From Lama guanicoe (Eukaryota), in assembly GCA_013239625.1 (NCBI GenBank), contig MU053472.1, positions 3,197,822 through 3,261,821 on the forward strand: a stretch of DNA of 64,000 nt. Direction: 5' to 3'. Under the pieces are notes generated by a model. It was not told where the DNA came from, did not search any database, and saw nothing but the letters and a program-made list of their open reading frames with translations. Position 1 is the first letter of the stretch. Each line of letters opens with the position of its first letter. The position numbers and the translations under genes were made by a program. Positions 24,483-37,766 of this stretch are shown piece by piece.

Positions 24483-26261
24483 CCAAGGAGGTGAAAGAAT
24501 TATACAAAGAAAACTATAAACCATTGATGAAGGAAATTAAAGAAGACTTTAAAAAATGGAAAGATATCCCAGGCTCTTGGATTGGAAGAATCAATATTGC
24601 TAAAATGGTCACACTGCCCAAGGTAATCTACAGATTTAATGCAATCCCTATCAAATTACCCAGGATATATTTCACAGAACTAGAACAAATCATAATAAAA
24701 TTTATATGGAACCATCAAAGACCTAGAATTGCCAAAGCATTACTGAAGAGAAAGAAAGAGGCTGGAGGAATAACTCTCCCAGACTTCAGACAATACTATA
24801 GAGCTACAGTCATCGACAGCATCGTACTGGTACAAAAACAAACATATAGACCAATGGAACAGAATAGAGAGCCCACAAATGAACCCACAAACTTTTGGTC
24901 AACTCATCTTCGGCAAAGGAGGCAAGAATATACAATGGAATAAAGACAATCTCTTCAGCAAATGGTGTTGGGAAAACTGGACAGCAGCATGTAAAACAAT
25001 GAAGCTAGAACACTCCCTTATACCATACACAAAAATAAACTCAAAATGGATCAAAGACTTAAACATAAGACAAGATACAATAAACCTCCTAGAGGAAAAT
25101 ATAGGCAAAACATTATCTGACATACATCTCAAAAATTTTCTCCTAGAAGAAATAAAAGCAAGAATAAACAAATGGGACCCAATGAAACTTACAAGCTTCT
25201 GCACAGCAAAGGACACCATAAGTAAAACAAAAAGACAACCTACGGAATGGGAAAAAATTTTTGCAAATGAAACCGACAAAGGCTTGATCTCCAGAATATA
25301 TAAGCAGCTCATACGACTCAATAAGAAAAAATAAACAACCCAATCCAAAACGGTCAAAAGACCTAAGAAAGCAATTCTCCAAGGAAGAAATACAAATGAT
25401 CAATAGGCACATGAAAAAATGCTCAATATCACTAATTATTAGAGAAATGCAAATCAAAACTACAATGAGGTATCACCTCACACCAGTCAGAATGGCCATC
25501 ATTCAAAAATCCACAAATGACAAATGCTGGAGAGGCTGTGGAGAAAAGGGAACCCTCCTTCACGGCTGGTGGGAATGCAGTTTGGTGCAGCCACTATGGA
25601 AAACAGTATGGAGATTTCTCAAAAGACTAGGAATCGACTTAACATATGACCCAGGAATCCCACTCCTGGGCATATATCCAGAAGGAACCCTACTTCAGGA
25701 TGACATCTGCACCCCAATGTTCATAGCAGCATTATTTACAATAGCCAAGACATGGAAACAGCCTAAATGTCCATCAACAGATGACTGGATAAAGAAGATG
25801 TGGTATATTTATACAATGGAATACTATTCAGCCATAAAAACCAACAACATAACGCCATTTGCAGCAACATGGATGCTCCTGGAGAATGTCATTCTAAGTG
25901 AAGTAAGCCAGAAAGAGAAAGAAAAATACCTTATGAGATCGCTCATATGTGGAGTCTAAAAAAAACCCAAAGCATAAATACAAAACAGGAAAGGACTCAC
26001 ACATATAGAATACAAACTTGTGGTTGCCAAGTGGGCGGGGGGTGGGAAGAGAGACTGGGATTTCAAAACTGTAGAATAGATAAACAAGACTATACTGTAT
26101 AGCACAGGGAAATATATACAAGATATTATGGTAGCTCACAGAGAAAAAAAATGTGACGATGAATATATATATGTTCATGTATAACTGAAAAATTGTGCTC
26201 TACACTGGAATTTGACACAACATTGTAAAATGACTATAAATCAATAAAAAATGTTAAAAAA
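24483..26261 (+). mobile_element. young 5'-truncated LINE-1 (ORF2 C-terminus, 3' UTR, polyA)
   Basis: Frameshifted ORF2 pieces ([14 protein letters not shown]..., [17 protein letters not shown]...); perfect 17-bp TSD AAAGATTTAGGCCCAAA at 24466-24482 and 26262-26278. Confidence 0.95.
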
Positions 26262-27589
26262 AAAGATTTAGGCCCAAAGTTAGTGATATGCCTGGAGAGA
26301 GATGCACAGAAAACAGATTGCTGTTTTCAGTGTCTAAGACAAAAATAAAAAGCAAGCAAGGAGGTGACTCCTTTGTAGTTATTATTTTTCTAGAAACTTA
26401 GTATCTTGAATTACAAAGTGTTTTTTTAGTAAACATATCCTCTATCACTCTGTATTCAACTGTATTATTTGGTGCACCTACTCAACTAAAGCATATTAAG
26501 TACTAACACACAGGCACTTACTACAGGGATTTAGGGCGTCATACAGGTAAACAGATTTCGAGTCTGCAGAATTAAGATTATTTCTTTTAAAATAAAATCA
26601 AGACCATTCAATAATGACACTTTAGATAACTTTTTAGAGGACCTAATTTTGTTTTGGTTTAGGTTTTTAGTAAGCACACTATTTTTTTTTTCTTTAAATC
26701 AGTAAACACAACTGCAGTAAGTACTGCCTGTCTCCAGAATGGGACTACTACCATTGAAAATTGCTTCTACGACAACAACTTTAAGTTGGGTTTTGGCTTT
26801 AATGGTTGAAGGCACATTGGTAGTCACATGTCATCCTATAGTTTAACTATGTTATCTATTAAAATACAGATAAATCACGTAAGAAATAACACAGCATTTA
26901 GCCAGGGATAGACCTCTTAAAACCTTTGATGCTTTTCACGAGTGGGAGACTGGCATAAGCACCGAAGTCCCTTGTTAGTACTATGTTTAACTGATAACAT
27001 CATACAGATTGTACAAGAGAATGCTAATGTATCTCTGTAATATTTAAAACTTTATTCCTGGCCAATTCTTGTTAGAAAAGGAGTCATGGTACTAAACCAA
27101 GTTTTAGACTGTAAACTCCCGGCGTTTACCATTTCAAGTATGATTGTAAATTCCAAGCAATTTTAATCTAGTTTAATATTATCTCTAAAGAACAGTTAAA
27201 ATTTGATTGAAATAATTCAATTTAACATTTTATACATCATATCTGAAATGAAATAAAGACACATTATTAAACAATAATGAAGAGGAAAAGATTTGGCCTG
27301 CTGTCTGGGAAATCAGAGGGTGGACTATCTAGGCTTCTTTTGGCAAGACACTTTTCCAAAAGAAACTTCTTTGTTTTCTTCAAACAATACTGTCCTCTCC
27401 AAAACTAAATCATGTTTCTGTCTTTTGGAAATCCACGTGTCACTGCTAGCGTGCAAGGTGGGGTTAAAAAAAAAATTGGTGTGAGGTCTGCTGCCTTGGG
27501 AACCAGGACGGTCCAGATTCTGTCCCAGTCCAGCCCCAGCTCTAATCGTGACCTCGGGGACTTGGTTTCCCCTTCTCCTCAATTATCGT

Positions 27590-28650
27590 GCTCAGTGTTG
27601 GGGGTAGGGGTCGGGGTGGGCTTGGGACCGGCCCCCACAGGCTGCAGATGCCCGGGCAGCAGCACGCTCCAGGTTCACGCAGTTCCTCAGACCTGGAAGC
27701 TGTTCGCCCCGGTCTCTCTACAAGCTCAGCCACTGGCTGTCTCCGTGTCTCGAAACAGTCTGTTCCCGGTTCCCCCGGCGGGTACCCCTGGCTCGGCCCT
27801 GCGCTGCCCCCTTGTGCCTCGCTGCGAGGAAGGGACCTTGCGACCCATCCTTCCACCCGCAGAGAAACGCTCTACCTACCCTTCATTCTCACCTTGGTCG
27901 TTCCTCCTTCTGAGAAGCCCTGACATCGCTGCACACGAGTGATCCCCACCTTGGCGGTCTGAAGACCCCTTTCCTTCCTTCAGGCGACCTCGCTTTCACA
28001 TTACCTTCACCTCTGAGGGAGCCCTCAATTCATTCACACATGCCCATCCTTCCTCAAACTCTCAGGTATTTCCACCCGCCGGCCTTTTGAGGACCCTCAG
28101 CTCTAGTCGAGGGGGAAAGAAGCCTCCCCCGCCTCCCCCACCGGGTTCTGGGGACCCCTCTCACCTCCGCGGTGAGAGATGTGTTTACTGAGGAATCGCT
28201 GCTTCTTTCTCTGGTGCAGCAAGGTCGGGTATTTGAGCAACAAGAATGAGGTCACCAAGTACCCTCCCAGGGTAGAGAGAAGGTAAAAAGCCGCGGTGGA
28301 CGACATCTCAGCCACCGTGTGGGAAGTCTCCCACCTCCTGGCCCTCTGAACTCCGCTGAGACGATCGTAACGGCTGCACCGGCGGCGGCGGCTGCTCGAA
28401 GTCTGCTCGCCCCCAGCTGGTGCCGGCGGTGCAGCGCACTTGTCGGCGCCCGCCCACCACGCAGGCGCAGCCGGACCCCGGCAGCCGAGCAACAAAGGGG
28501 CTCCGACACGCAGGCGCGCTCCGGCTGCTGGGTAGGAACCTGCAGGTCCTGGAGCGAGCGGTAGTCACCTAGCTTTGTGGTCTGATCTGCAGGGCTCCAA
28601 AATGACGCGGAAGCTTGGAAACCCGCCAGTGCCTTCGCCATCACTGCAAC
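27590..28650. promoter_or_regulatory. CpG island / GDPD1 promoter and 5' UTR
   Basis: Sharp rise in GC and CpG over and upstream of GDPD1 exon 1 against an AT-rich, CpG-poor background; boundaries approximate. Confidence 0.85.
28165..28306 (-). CDS. GDPD1: GDPD1 (lysophospholipase D, GDE4) coding exon 1
   Basis: ATG at 28306 gives MSSTAAFYLLSTLGGYLVTSFLLLKYPTLLHQRKKQRFLSKHISHRG: an N-terminal hydrophobic segment plus the GDPD 'HRG' motif. 142 nt, donor GAG|gtgaga, inside a CpG island. Confidence 0.96.
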
Positions 28651-31600
28651 AGAAAAGGCTATTCAAGGATAGCCTTCAGGAAAGCCTCACATATTTAGAA
28701 AGTCCACATCAAAAAGGGAAGATTCCAAGGCTCCTCTTTAGCCCCCTACTCGAGGAAATGCAAAGAACTGTTACCGATGGAGGAGTTAAAAGCTTACTAA
28801 AACAAATAGTAAACCTATCCATACGTCTAGCCCAGAAGGAACTGTATTGTCACACATACCATAATAAAAGGTACTAGTTTATCAGTCAAATATTTGAGGG
28901 GCACCGCTTCTCTCTCATTTCACTGTTCACAGAAAAGGCAAACCTCATGCCTTGTACACAATAGGCAGTCAAGAAATGTTTGTTTACTTACAAGTCCGTT
29001 TACAATAAGGAAAAGTTTGCAGAGTTATAGGCTACCACTTAAAAAGTCTTGGGAAGACTGGAAACTAAATTCCCTCTGATCCCACACATGCCCAACTACT
29101 ATAATTTTCAGAGCCACATCTAAGTGTGAAAGAATTAACCTAGGGCTGAGGGAGAAAATTTGGCCAGAACGGGTCTTCCACAGAAACAGAATGCAGAGTG
29201 ATTATTTAAAATCATGTGATTGACTCTGGCCTGAAGCAAATCTCTCTCATTTCCTTATATGAAAAATGAGGAATCTTTTACTATATGATAACTTCTAACT
29301 CCCACATTCTGTTAATGATGACTTCCCAAAGATTCTAGCTTCCATTAAGAGGCGTAAATAAAATTTAGAGGATTCTTGAAAACAGAGATCTTCATTAGAT
29401 TTTTAAAAGTAGCAAAAAAGGACTTTCGCATCAGTTTACCACCAGCCGTAGGCTCATTTCTTGATTTATCAATATACCCAAAGAAATAGTAAAGCCTTTG
29501 TAGAAGAAAAAGAACTAAGTATGAAAAATTCTAAATACAACTAAACTTAAAAACATTTTAAAGAAACTCACAAGCTGAAAAATACTGCCTTATTAGGAAT
29601 TAAGGAAAGTATCTGTTTAGAGCTGTCAAATTATATCTTATAGATCAGCTGATGCTCATGGTGGTTTCCCTTTTCCAAAATCTCACCTGATAGCAAGTTC
29701 TCTTTAAATTTTATGACTACTATTTCTGATTAGTATGACACATGAATATAAGTATTACCAGAAAAAAAATCTATGTAACTAAGAATATTTAACCTTCAAA
29801 TACAGAGGCACCTAGGACTTAGCAGACAGAGCCCTGAATTTAGAACCTATAGATACAGCTATACCATTTACAAGCTGAGTGACTTTGGGCATATCACTTA
29901 GTTTAAGCCTCAGTTTTCACACCTGTAAAATGGGGGATAATAGTATCTAACCACAGATGAATAGTTTTGAGGACTGAAGGAAGTGAAAGCATTAAAAGTA
30001 TCCTATTTAAGTAAAGCATTATGTCAGAAGATAGAATTCTTTCCTTCTCTAAAACATTATGAACAAATTTGGGGAAAGGTATACAGAGTTACTCAAGCAG
30101 GAGCACATATGCCTTATTGGAGGCCCAGGATAATTAACACTAATGAAAGAACAGATGAATTATAATACTAGAAAAGCATCTTCTTCAAAATCGCATCAAT
30201 ATGACCAGAAGTATCTTCCAAGATGGCCATATTTGGGGAAAATTTACTAGAGCCTCCAAAGTTAATGACATTATTTAAACTAGGTAAGAAAATTAGTACA
30301 AGCAATCAATTATCATGGGGGGAAATGCTGAAAAAGAAGGGGTACCAGAAATCACTGGCCTGTTTCGTTATAAAGAGAAAACTGGAAAGGTTAAGTAGTT
30401 TGCCCAAGACCATATAGCTAGGGGCTGATGTTATAACAAGGTCACTAATCTCAACGTAGTTCAAGGGGCTAGAGAAGATAGTATTGATCTTCTGAAAAAT
30501 AAAAGATTTGAAAAATAGTCTTGCTCTTTAAGGAAGATAGCATTAAGGAAATACCCACTTAAAAACTATCCTTTGAAGTGTATCAGAGGTAGCAGATTCA
30601 GGATGCAGTATAGTGAAAAGAACACTGAATGCTAGTCAAGTGATTCCTTGTCATTTCAACCCCATCTACAATTGCATTGCCCAAATTATTAGTGCTCTAG
30701 AAAGCAGATGCAATTGACTAGGAACATATATCACTGGGACCAGAAGCATTTACCCAAGAGTTCTGAAGCAACCCATAAATTAAAGTGTGATACAATTCAA
30801 AATAAAACTGTTATAATAAACGACTAGTGTGCTGTTCGACTGGCAGACTGTCATCGGGATTCCCAACTCTGACAATGGGAATCTGTTAGTAGGTTAGAGC
30901 ACAATTCAACTTTCTTTAGAACAATTTAGCAATGTGTATCAAAATGTAAAATGTGTGTATCCCATGACCCATCAATCCCAGGTATAAGAGTGTGTTCTGC
31001 AAAGAAAAATTCACAAATATTAACAGATGTATGCACCACGGTATTCTATCGTTAGTAGAAGCCTTAAATTAGAAAGAACCTAAATATCAAACAATGAAGG
31101 ACACATTATATAAATCATAAGAGAAAACAATGCAGCCATTAATAATACTTCTATTTATTGACAGGAAAAATGTGTACTGCATACTGTTGAATGCAAAAAA
31201 ACTAGATTACAGAACAAGATGAATTGCAATTATGTAAAATTGAATACAAATCCACATGTGCATGTATGCATGAGACGTTTAGAAGGATATTCACTAAAAT
31301 GTTGCCAGTGGTTAGCAGAGCACTAGCAGAGCACTGGAATTTCAGGTAACGTACTTTTTTTTTAGGTAACTTATTCTTATCTTTGCTTAAAAAATTATTA
31401 AATAACAGATTCAATGACTACATATTAGTTTTACAAGAACAACAAAGGTAGTCAAACCCAAAAACTGTTTTAAATGGGATTATAAACTAGATAGTCTAGC
31501 TTTTATATTGAGAAAATAGCAGGATAAAATAAAGGAATAATGTCACTCAATACTCAAGTACATGTAACCTAGTAGGAGAAAGGAAGTGATAAGCAACTGT

Positions 31601-34600
31601 GGTAATACAGTCCTCTAAGAGTGTTTGGAACGAAGAAGAACCACAGGATATAATTTACACTTTAGAAATTTTTCTTATATTTAGTCAAATAGAGCTATAG
31701 CTATAATTATATATATAATATATTACATATAATTTAATAGCTATAGCTACAGACAGGATTATTTTCAGTACGGAAAGATTTTGGAAAAATAATTAAACTG
31801 TATTTAGAAGATGACTGGATCCGAGCCATCAGTTACAAACATGGGATAATAACTGTCCCTTATATTTATGAAACAGTTTAGAGTTTGTAAAGGATTTCAA
31901 TTAACACAGTCTTTAAGTGTTTGAATCACAGTTATCCTTTGAGGTACATAAGGGAGTTATTACTTCCATTTTACAAATTAATTTGCTGAAGCTTTAGATG
32001 GGATCCAGTATTAAGAGATGCAGTACATTATCTCAAGACATCAACCCAGTGAGCTGCTGTGCCAACTCAGACCAATAAACATTACGAAGTGTATTAAAAA
32101 TTAAACAAATGATTAGCTGGCTTTTGTGCAAAACTATGCAGTGTTCCAAAAATTGAGTGCAGTTCTATTTGCCACATCTTAGGACACACACAAAGTTGTG
32201 GGAGACAGAAAAAGGGCAATTAAATAGCCAAGGGATTTGAGTGGCTGCTTTATATAAAGCATAAACCGACTAATCAAAACTAAACCCAATTTTAAAAGAC
32301 CACAGAAAGATACAAGAGGAGGGTTACAAACCAAGTCTATAAAACTGCTATTATGTTGTGGTGCTTACCACAGGTACATGTACTAGGCACTGTTTACCTC
32401 ATTATAAAAGGTAGGACTAAAACTAACCAAGACTCCCAAACTATTAGAATGATGGGATCTTTAAAAAGTAAATTTAAAATAAATTATAATTATTATTAAG
32501 AATTTATCTAGTGCCCCTCTGTAACAGGCTTTATGTATACTCCAATACTCACAACCACTCTTTGTGGTAAATAGTAATAATTATAATTTTAGGGGAAAAG
32601 ATGCTCAAGGATTAAGTAAACTGTCAGTGTTTCTTAAGTGGTGGAGTCAATTCTTTTTGGCTTCAACTTACTATAGTAGTATTCTATACAGGGGAAAATA
32701 CAGAATAAGAGAGAGTGTAAGAATATAAGATTCAATACAGTTTTAGAATCAAGATTCACAGTCATCAAAGAAATTAAGATGAAATGGGTAATCACACCTC
32801 ATTTTTCTGACATTAAAAACTCATCCATTCACAAGTCTTAAGACCAGAGTCAAAATATTCAGTTGAAGAAATTGACATGCTGTTTTTATTCTTATATTTT
32901 CTAAGAAGGCAGAACACAGGAAGAGAATAGCTTTGAAATCAGAGTCCTCAATTTAAATTCTGACTTCCTACTTCCTAGCTATGTGACCTTGGATAAATTA
33001 TTTAACCACTTCAAGCTTTAATTTCCTGATAATATGGATGTTATCTATCTTGCAGTGTTTTGAGGATCATAGGAAATGTATGCAAAATACTTACTAAAGT
33101 ACCTAACAAGTGGATATTCATGAAGTAGCTATTATTATTGGATATAGCCATTCAACAGAGTAGCTATTGTTATTTTTTATGAATCAAGCTTCTCTAGTTT
33201 CATTTTTTCTAATTTTTTTCCTGTTCCCTCAAAATCTTTTTAAATTTTTAATTTAATTTAATTTTTTAAAGTAAGAAATAGATTCAGTGTATAAGTAGTG
33301 CAGGGAAACTTTAAGTAAACCAACATGTGAAGCCATTTTTTAAAAAATTAGAATTAATGCAATTTACAAGAAGATTTATATTAGTCCTTTAAACAGAAAG
33401 CCCTCCCTGAAAAAGATATAATTTATCTTCTAAAAATGTTAATTTTATACAGCTTTTCATGGACACATCAAAGACTTACCAATAGGCCAAAGGATGTCCT
33501 TGTCTCCTAGTGATTCTTAAAAAAAAATCAATTTGAAACATCTGCTTATATCTAAAAAAAAAAAAAGAAAAGGAAAGAAAAAGAAGTCTGCTAAGCAAAG
33601 GATAATGCAAATACTGCTACAGAAGAAATATAGAAATATAATTTCTTTAATAAAATCATCACTTGAAATTTGCTGAAATAAGGTTATATGACTAAAGAGA
33701 AAGGTAGTTTCTTTCAAGCAAGTTATAAATACAAATAGCATAAAAGTTTTGTATTTAAAAATGTTACAGAAATTCAAATTTGGGTAGCTTCTGTAACCAA
33801 AAATAATCAAGTAAAATCACTTACTAATTTATGCAAGAATGTAAAGTTGTTCCATGTGGAATGACATCAAAAAGGAAAAGACACAGGTTTGCTCTTCTGA
33901 AACCTATTTGTTCTCATAAAGTATTTTCTTACATTTCCTTTGACCTACCAGTTTATACAATGTTTTTCAAATCTTAGAGGCTACTGAAAAAACAAAACAA
34001 CTATTAGTACATGTCCTATAGAAAAATCCAGCTATATTTCCAAATGCAGGAACTAAGAACCGTGCTTAAGTACAAAAGTAATGGTAATTTTAAAAACTGA
34101 TATAAAAGGAATGAAAGATATAAAGGAAAAGGATGGAAAATAAGGATGGAATGAAAGACGAATATAGACTAATTTTCATATTGGCTCAGATTCTCCTTCT
34201 CCTAATAATACTACAGTATAATTGGCATAGAAATATGCTTAATTAAATTAGTTTTAAATTGGCTGCCAATTATGAATCTTTATACATTTTAAAAACAAAA
34301 CCTAAATAACTACTTTAAGCTGGTAGCAAGATGTGTTATACAAATATTGTACTTCATATATACTGAGACTAAACTCTCTAATTCTATTTGCTCAGTGTTT
34401 CAAAGTCAATGTGTCTAGGAAAATATAATCAAGTACTAGAACTCTGATATATTAACTTATTTTGCACACTTGTCTTATTAGTGGTGTATCAGTGTCACCA
34501 TGTTGATGCTGGTGAAACTTAAACTTGGTATGAATTGATAAAATTTGTATCTCTTAGAAGATTGTTTCACAGTATAGCAGTTTTTAAAGAATAAAGTGTG

Positions 34601-34891
34601 TATTAATATTTTGGATTAAAAAGTTTTAGTTCAGATAGCATTCATTTCAAATATGGCATCTCATCAGTCCAAGAATAAAATGGTGTGAACAAACCAATCT
34701 AACTCTGGTATAAGAACTGTGACCCAAGCAATTGGGCACATTTTTGCAATTAAGTCCTCATACCATATTTTGAAGATAATTTCAGGCGCAGCATCTTAAG
34801 GAAAATCCCAGCTAAAGCATCATTTTAGCAAAAACAAAATTTTGGCTCAATCAACATGATAATGCAACAATCAGTTATAATAAAAATATGT

Positions 34892-34980
34892 TTTATTATG
34901 GACAGTGAATCAAAAACAAGAGAAAATAGAAGTATCAACCATGTATTTTATGTCCTTTTCTAGAATAACTCATGTTTATT
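34892..34980 (-). terminator. candidate SMG8 polyadenylation signals
   Basis: AATAAA on the minus strand at 34975-34980 and 34892-34897, about 200-285 nt after the stop. Which one is used cannot be told from sequence. Confidence 0.55.
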
Positions 34981-35176
34981 AGGAAGCTGCACCCCTATGT
35001 ACAATAAATATCAACAATGTCATGAAACAGTGGAAAAATTACTGCCCAAATACTGAACTCCTGTAACCAAATCACATTTCGGGTTCAAGAAAACACAGTA
35101 TCACATACCAAAAAACACCCCCAACACACCAAACAAAAACCAGCTTAAGTTTAGGACTGTACTGGCTGGAAAACAC

Positions 35177-35374
35177 TCATTGTGTCACTGCTTTAAGAAC
35201 CCCCCGGAGCACCTTATAACTCATTAACTGCACATTTTCCTTTGGAGGGAAACAAGGTCCTCTCTCTGTCACATAGGCATAAGGAAATCTCAAAACCCAG
35301 AGGCCATCGGGTGGGAGAGTGATTTCTTGTTTTTCTGGATAGAATACTGGACATGGTGGTGGGCCTGGTTGCAC
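35177..35374 (-). CDS. SMG8: SMG8 terminal coding exon 4 (protein 993 aa)
   Basis: tttcag|GTG CAA CCA ... VLKAVTQ*; exon sum 1765+146+873+198=2982 nt = 993 aa plus stop. Confidence 0.96.
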   Translation of the reverse strand: MQPGPPPCPVFYPEKQEITLPPDGLWVLRFPYAYVTERGPCFPPKENVQLMSYKVLRGVLKAVTQ

Positions 35375-35781
35375 CTGAAAAACACAGGAAATGTAATTAT
35401 TTTAACATTTTTCAATTAAGCAACACCTAAAAGACGAATGTCTAAACAAAGGATAGGTTCAAAGAGCACATAAGATTAAGCATGAAATGTGAACACTTCT
35501 AAGTCCAATCACACCTGACATTAAATTAAATAGTCTCAAATATTATCTTGCCTTTCTACAGATTTTTAACTTCAAGTTCTGCATCTAACCAAATGATGCA
35601 AATTGATAATGTGAACTGATTAACACACTTATAATTTATTTTTCAACAGAGTATGCAGTATAAAAGGCTTTTAAAATTAAGATCCGTTTAATTAGTTTGA
35701 TTCTCTGTACTTTTTCAAACAATCAAAATAAGCATCAGCACTTTTTGGCTGTCTGAGGACAGAAAGGGTTGTATTTCTTAC

Positions 35782-36654
35782 CTGAGGCATTAGTATTATC
35801 TGCAAAGGAGCATCGGGAACCACAACAAAAAGCCTCATAAGTTGAGCATAATGTGGTTTTAGCCCTCTACCCTGAGATGATGACAGAATATATAAGGGCA
35901 TATCACTATTCAGGGCTTTTAAAGCTGATTCCTTGGGCCCACTTCCCATTACTTTCATTATTTTGTCAGGTCCTGAGCACATAAATCTCCGACCTCGAGA
36001 GTCTTCATATTCAAAGCCCACAAACGCTCGAGCTATGTCATCTCGCCGTCTTCCTCTTCCCATTACAACTGCACTTCTCTTTCCAGGAACAGCTTTATTT
36101 GGAGCAGGCCAAGAATTTGTGTCTAAGTCTCCTTCATCTTCAGCTCTAGTCCTGATGACAATGTCCCAAGGCATAAGATAGTTTGTCCCTGGAATAAAGC
36201 CCTGTTGGTCCAAACCAGTATGAAAGTTGTAAGACTTAGCAGGGCCGAGTTTAACCAAAGACCAGCTGGAGAATTTGGGGAGGAGACCTTTGGGGCAATT
36301 TGAATGTAGCATGCCTGGGAGATATTCAACTGTGGATGCCTGTCGATCAACCAAGTTTGGTCTCTTCTCAGTCTTTACCTCTCCTTGACCATGAACTTCT
36401 GGATTATCTCCTCCTGCTTGTGGATCAGCTGGATAGGTACCTAAACTATCTGTGGATTGGCCTAAACTCAAAGCTAAACTCAGGCTTGTGCTCTCTCCTT
36501 GGGTTTGAGGTTCTTTTTCTTTAAGTTTATCGGCATCTGCATCTGGAGGGGCAGGAGACGATTCGTTTTTGGCAGGAGCAGGGTCTGGAGTACTTGGTTC
36601 AAATACTGGGAAATTGATATGATCCAATTTTCCACAACATTTTTCTTCCAGAAG
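35782..36654 (-). CDS. SMG8: SMG8 coding exon 3
   Basis: acatag|CTT CTG GAA ... CCT CAG|gtaaga; 873 nt, phase 0; LLEEKCCGKLDHINFPVFEP...VPDAPLQIILMPQ. Confidence 0.96.
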
Positions 36655-36877
36655 CTATGTAGGAAGGAAAAAGACAAACAAAAGAATCTTGTGAACTTCT
36701 CATTGAAAACAACACATTCTTCACTCTAAAAACCAAGATGAACAATTAATGGGTAAGCAAATAAATACATATAAAGAACTTTCTCTTGTTACACATCACA
36801 CTGCAAGTCAAATTTACTTTTCTAAATGTTTTGCTTTTGAAAATACATATTTTAGTCAGATGGCAGTTAGCCAAAAA

Positions 36878-37000
36878 GAAGAAGAAGAAGAAGAAGAAGA
36901 AGAAGAAGAAGAAGAAGAAGAAGAAGAAGAAGAAGAAGAAGAAGAAGAAGGAGAAGGAGAAGGAGAAGGAGAAGGAGAAGGAGAAGGAGAAGGAGAAGAA
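36878..37000. repeat. (GAA)24(GGAGAA)8 purine tract in SMG8 intron 2
   Basis: Counted directly: GAA 36878-36949, GGAGAA 36950-36997. Confidence 0.95.
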
Positions 37001-37036
37001 GGAGATAGAAGAGGAAGGAGAAAAAATGTAGGCTAC

Positions 37037-37182
37037 CTGATAAAAGTCATAGTTAGCTGCCTTGATATCAAAAGGATCATCTCGAGGTGCTTGTTTCCTT
37101 CCACAGTTACAGGCACCAGTGGACCGAGCTCGGCTATTGTGATATAGCACAGGAGGATTTCTATCAGCCTCTGGTTTTTCTC
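37037..37182 (-). CDS. SMG8: SMG8 coding exon 2
   Basis: ttttccag|GA GAA AAA CCA ... TAT CAG|gtagcc; 146 nt; GEKPEADRNPPVLYHNSRARSTGACNCGRKQAPRDDPFDIKAANYDFYQ. Confidence 0.96.
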
Positions 37183-37766
37183 CTGGAAAACATACATCAC
37201 TATTAATTTTATACACACAGTGCAGAGTAAAATTTATTTTGCTTTGATTGTACCTAACCCCAAAATTTCTCCAAACAGTTCTTTGGAAATGAGAAAAAAA
37301 AAAAAACCCCAAATCCAAAATGCCAAAAACACAAAAACCTTGACTAAACACATATAACAGAAGAAGCAAGTGAAAATGCCTAAAATAATACATATTTTAA
37401 TCTAAAGGCTTAGCATTTCTAAGTAAATGTGAGCATCATCAGAGTGACGAAATACTTCATTATATTCATTTTGGTTAAACGAAAACTCCAAGATAAAAAA
37501 TGTTAATATGAAATTTGTGAAATTTAGTATTATTTAATAGTGCTCCTTTACTAATCCCCTAGGATTCATTCTTTAAATACAAAAAAAAATTAGTCATCAG
37601 AGCTGGTTTTTCTTTTTACAGCAGGAGAGAAAACTTAAATCTGATGTACCTAAATTTCTGTAGGGCTCTCCTTTCAAAATGTCAATGCACAGAGAACAAA
37701 CACTCTTAAAACAAGAATACACTGCTTAAAGTCTGGATTTCAAAATGCTGAGAAAACTTTAGCTAC

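Noticed and set aside
24491..25959. L1 ORF2 pieces as a functional gene
   Set aside because: 5'-truncated, lacking endonuclease and RT core, and frameshifted.
27325..28644. Several 85-176 aa ORFs around the GDPD1 promoter, including an N-terminal extension from 28495
   Set aside because: Stop-poor GC-rich island with no recognisable domains; no upstream ATG seen on the minus strand between 28307 and about 28630.
36746..37393. Poly-E, poly-K and poly-F ORFs over SMG8 intron 2
   Set aside because: Open only because the GAA/GGAGAA tract has no stops; just the exon 2 part is coding.
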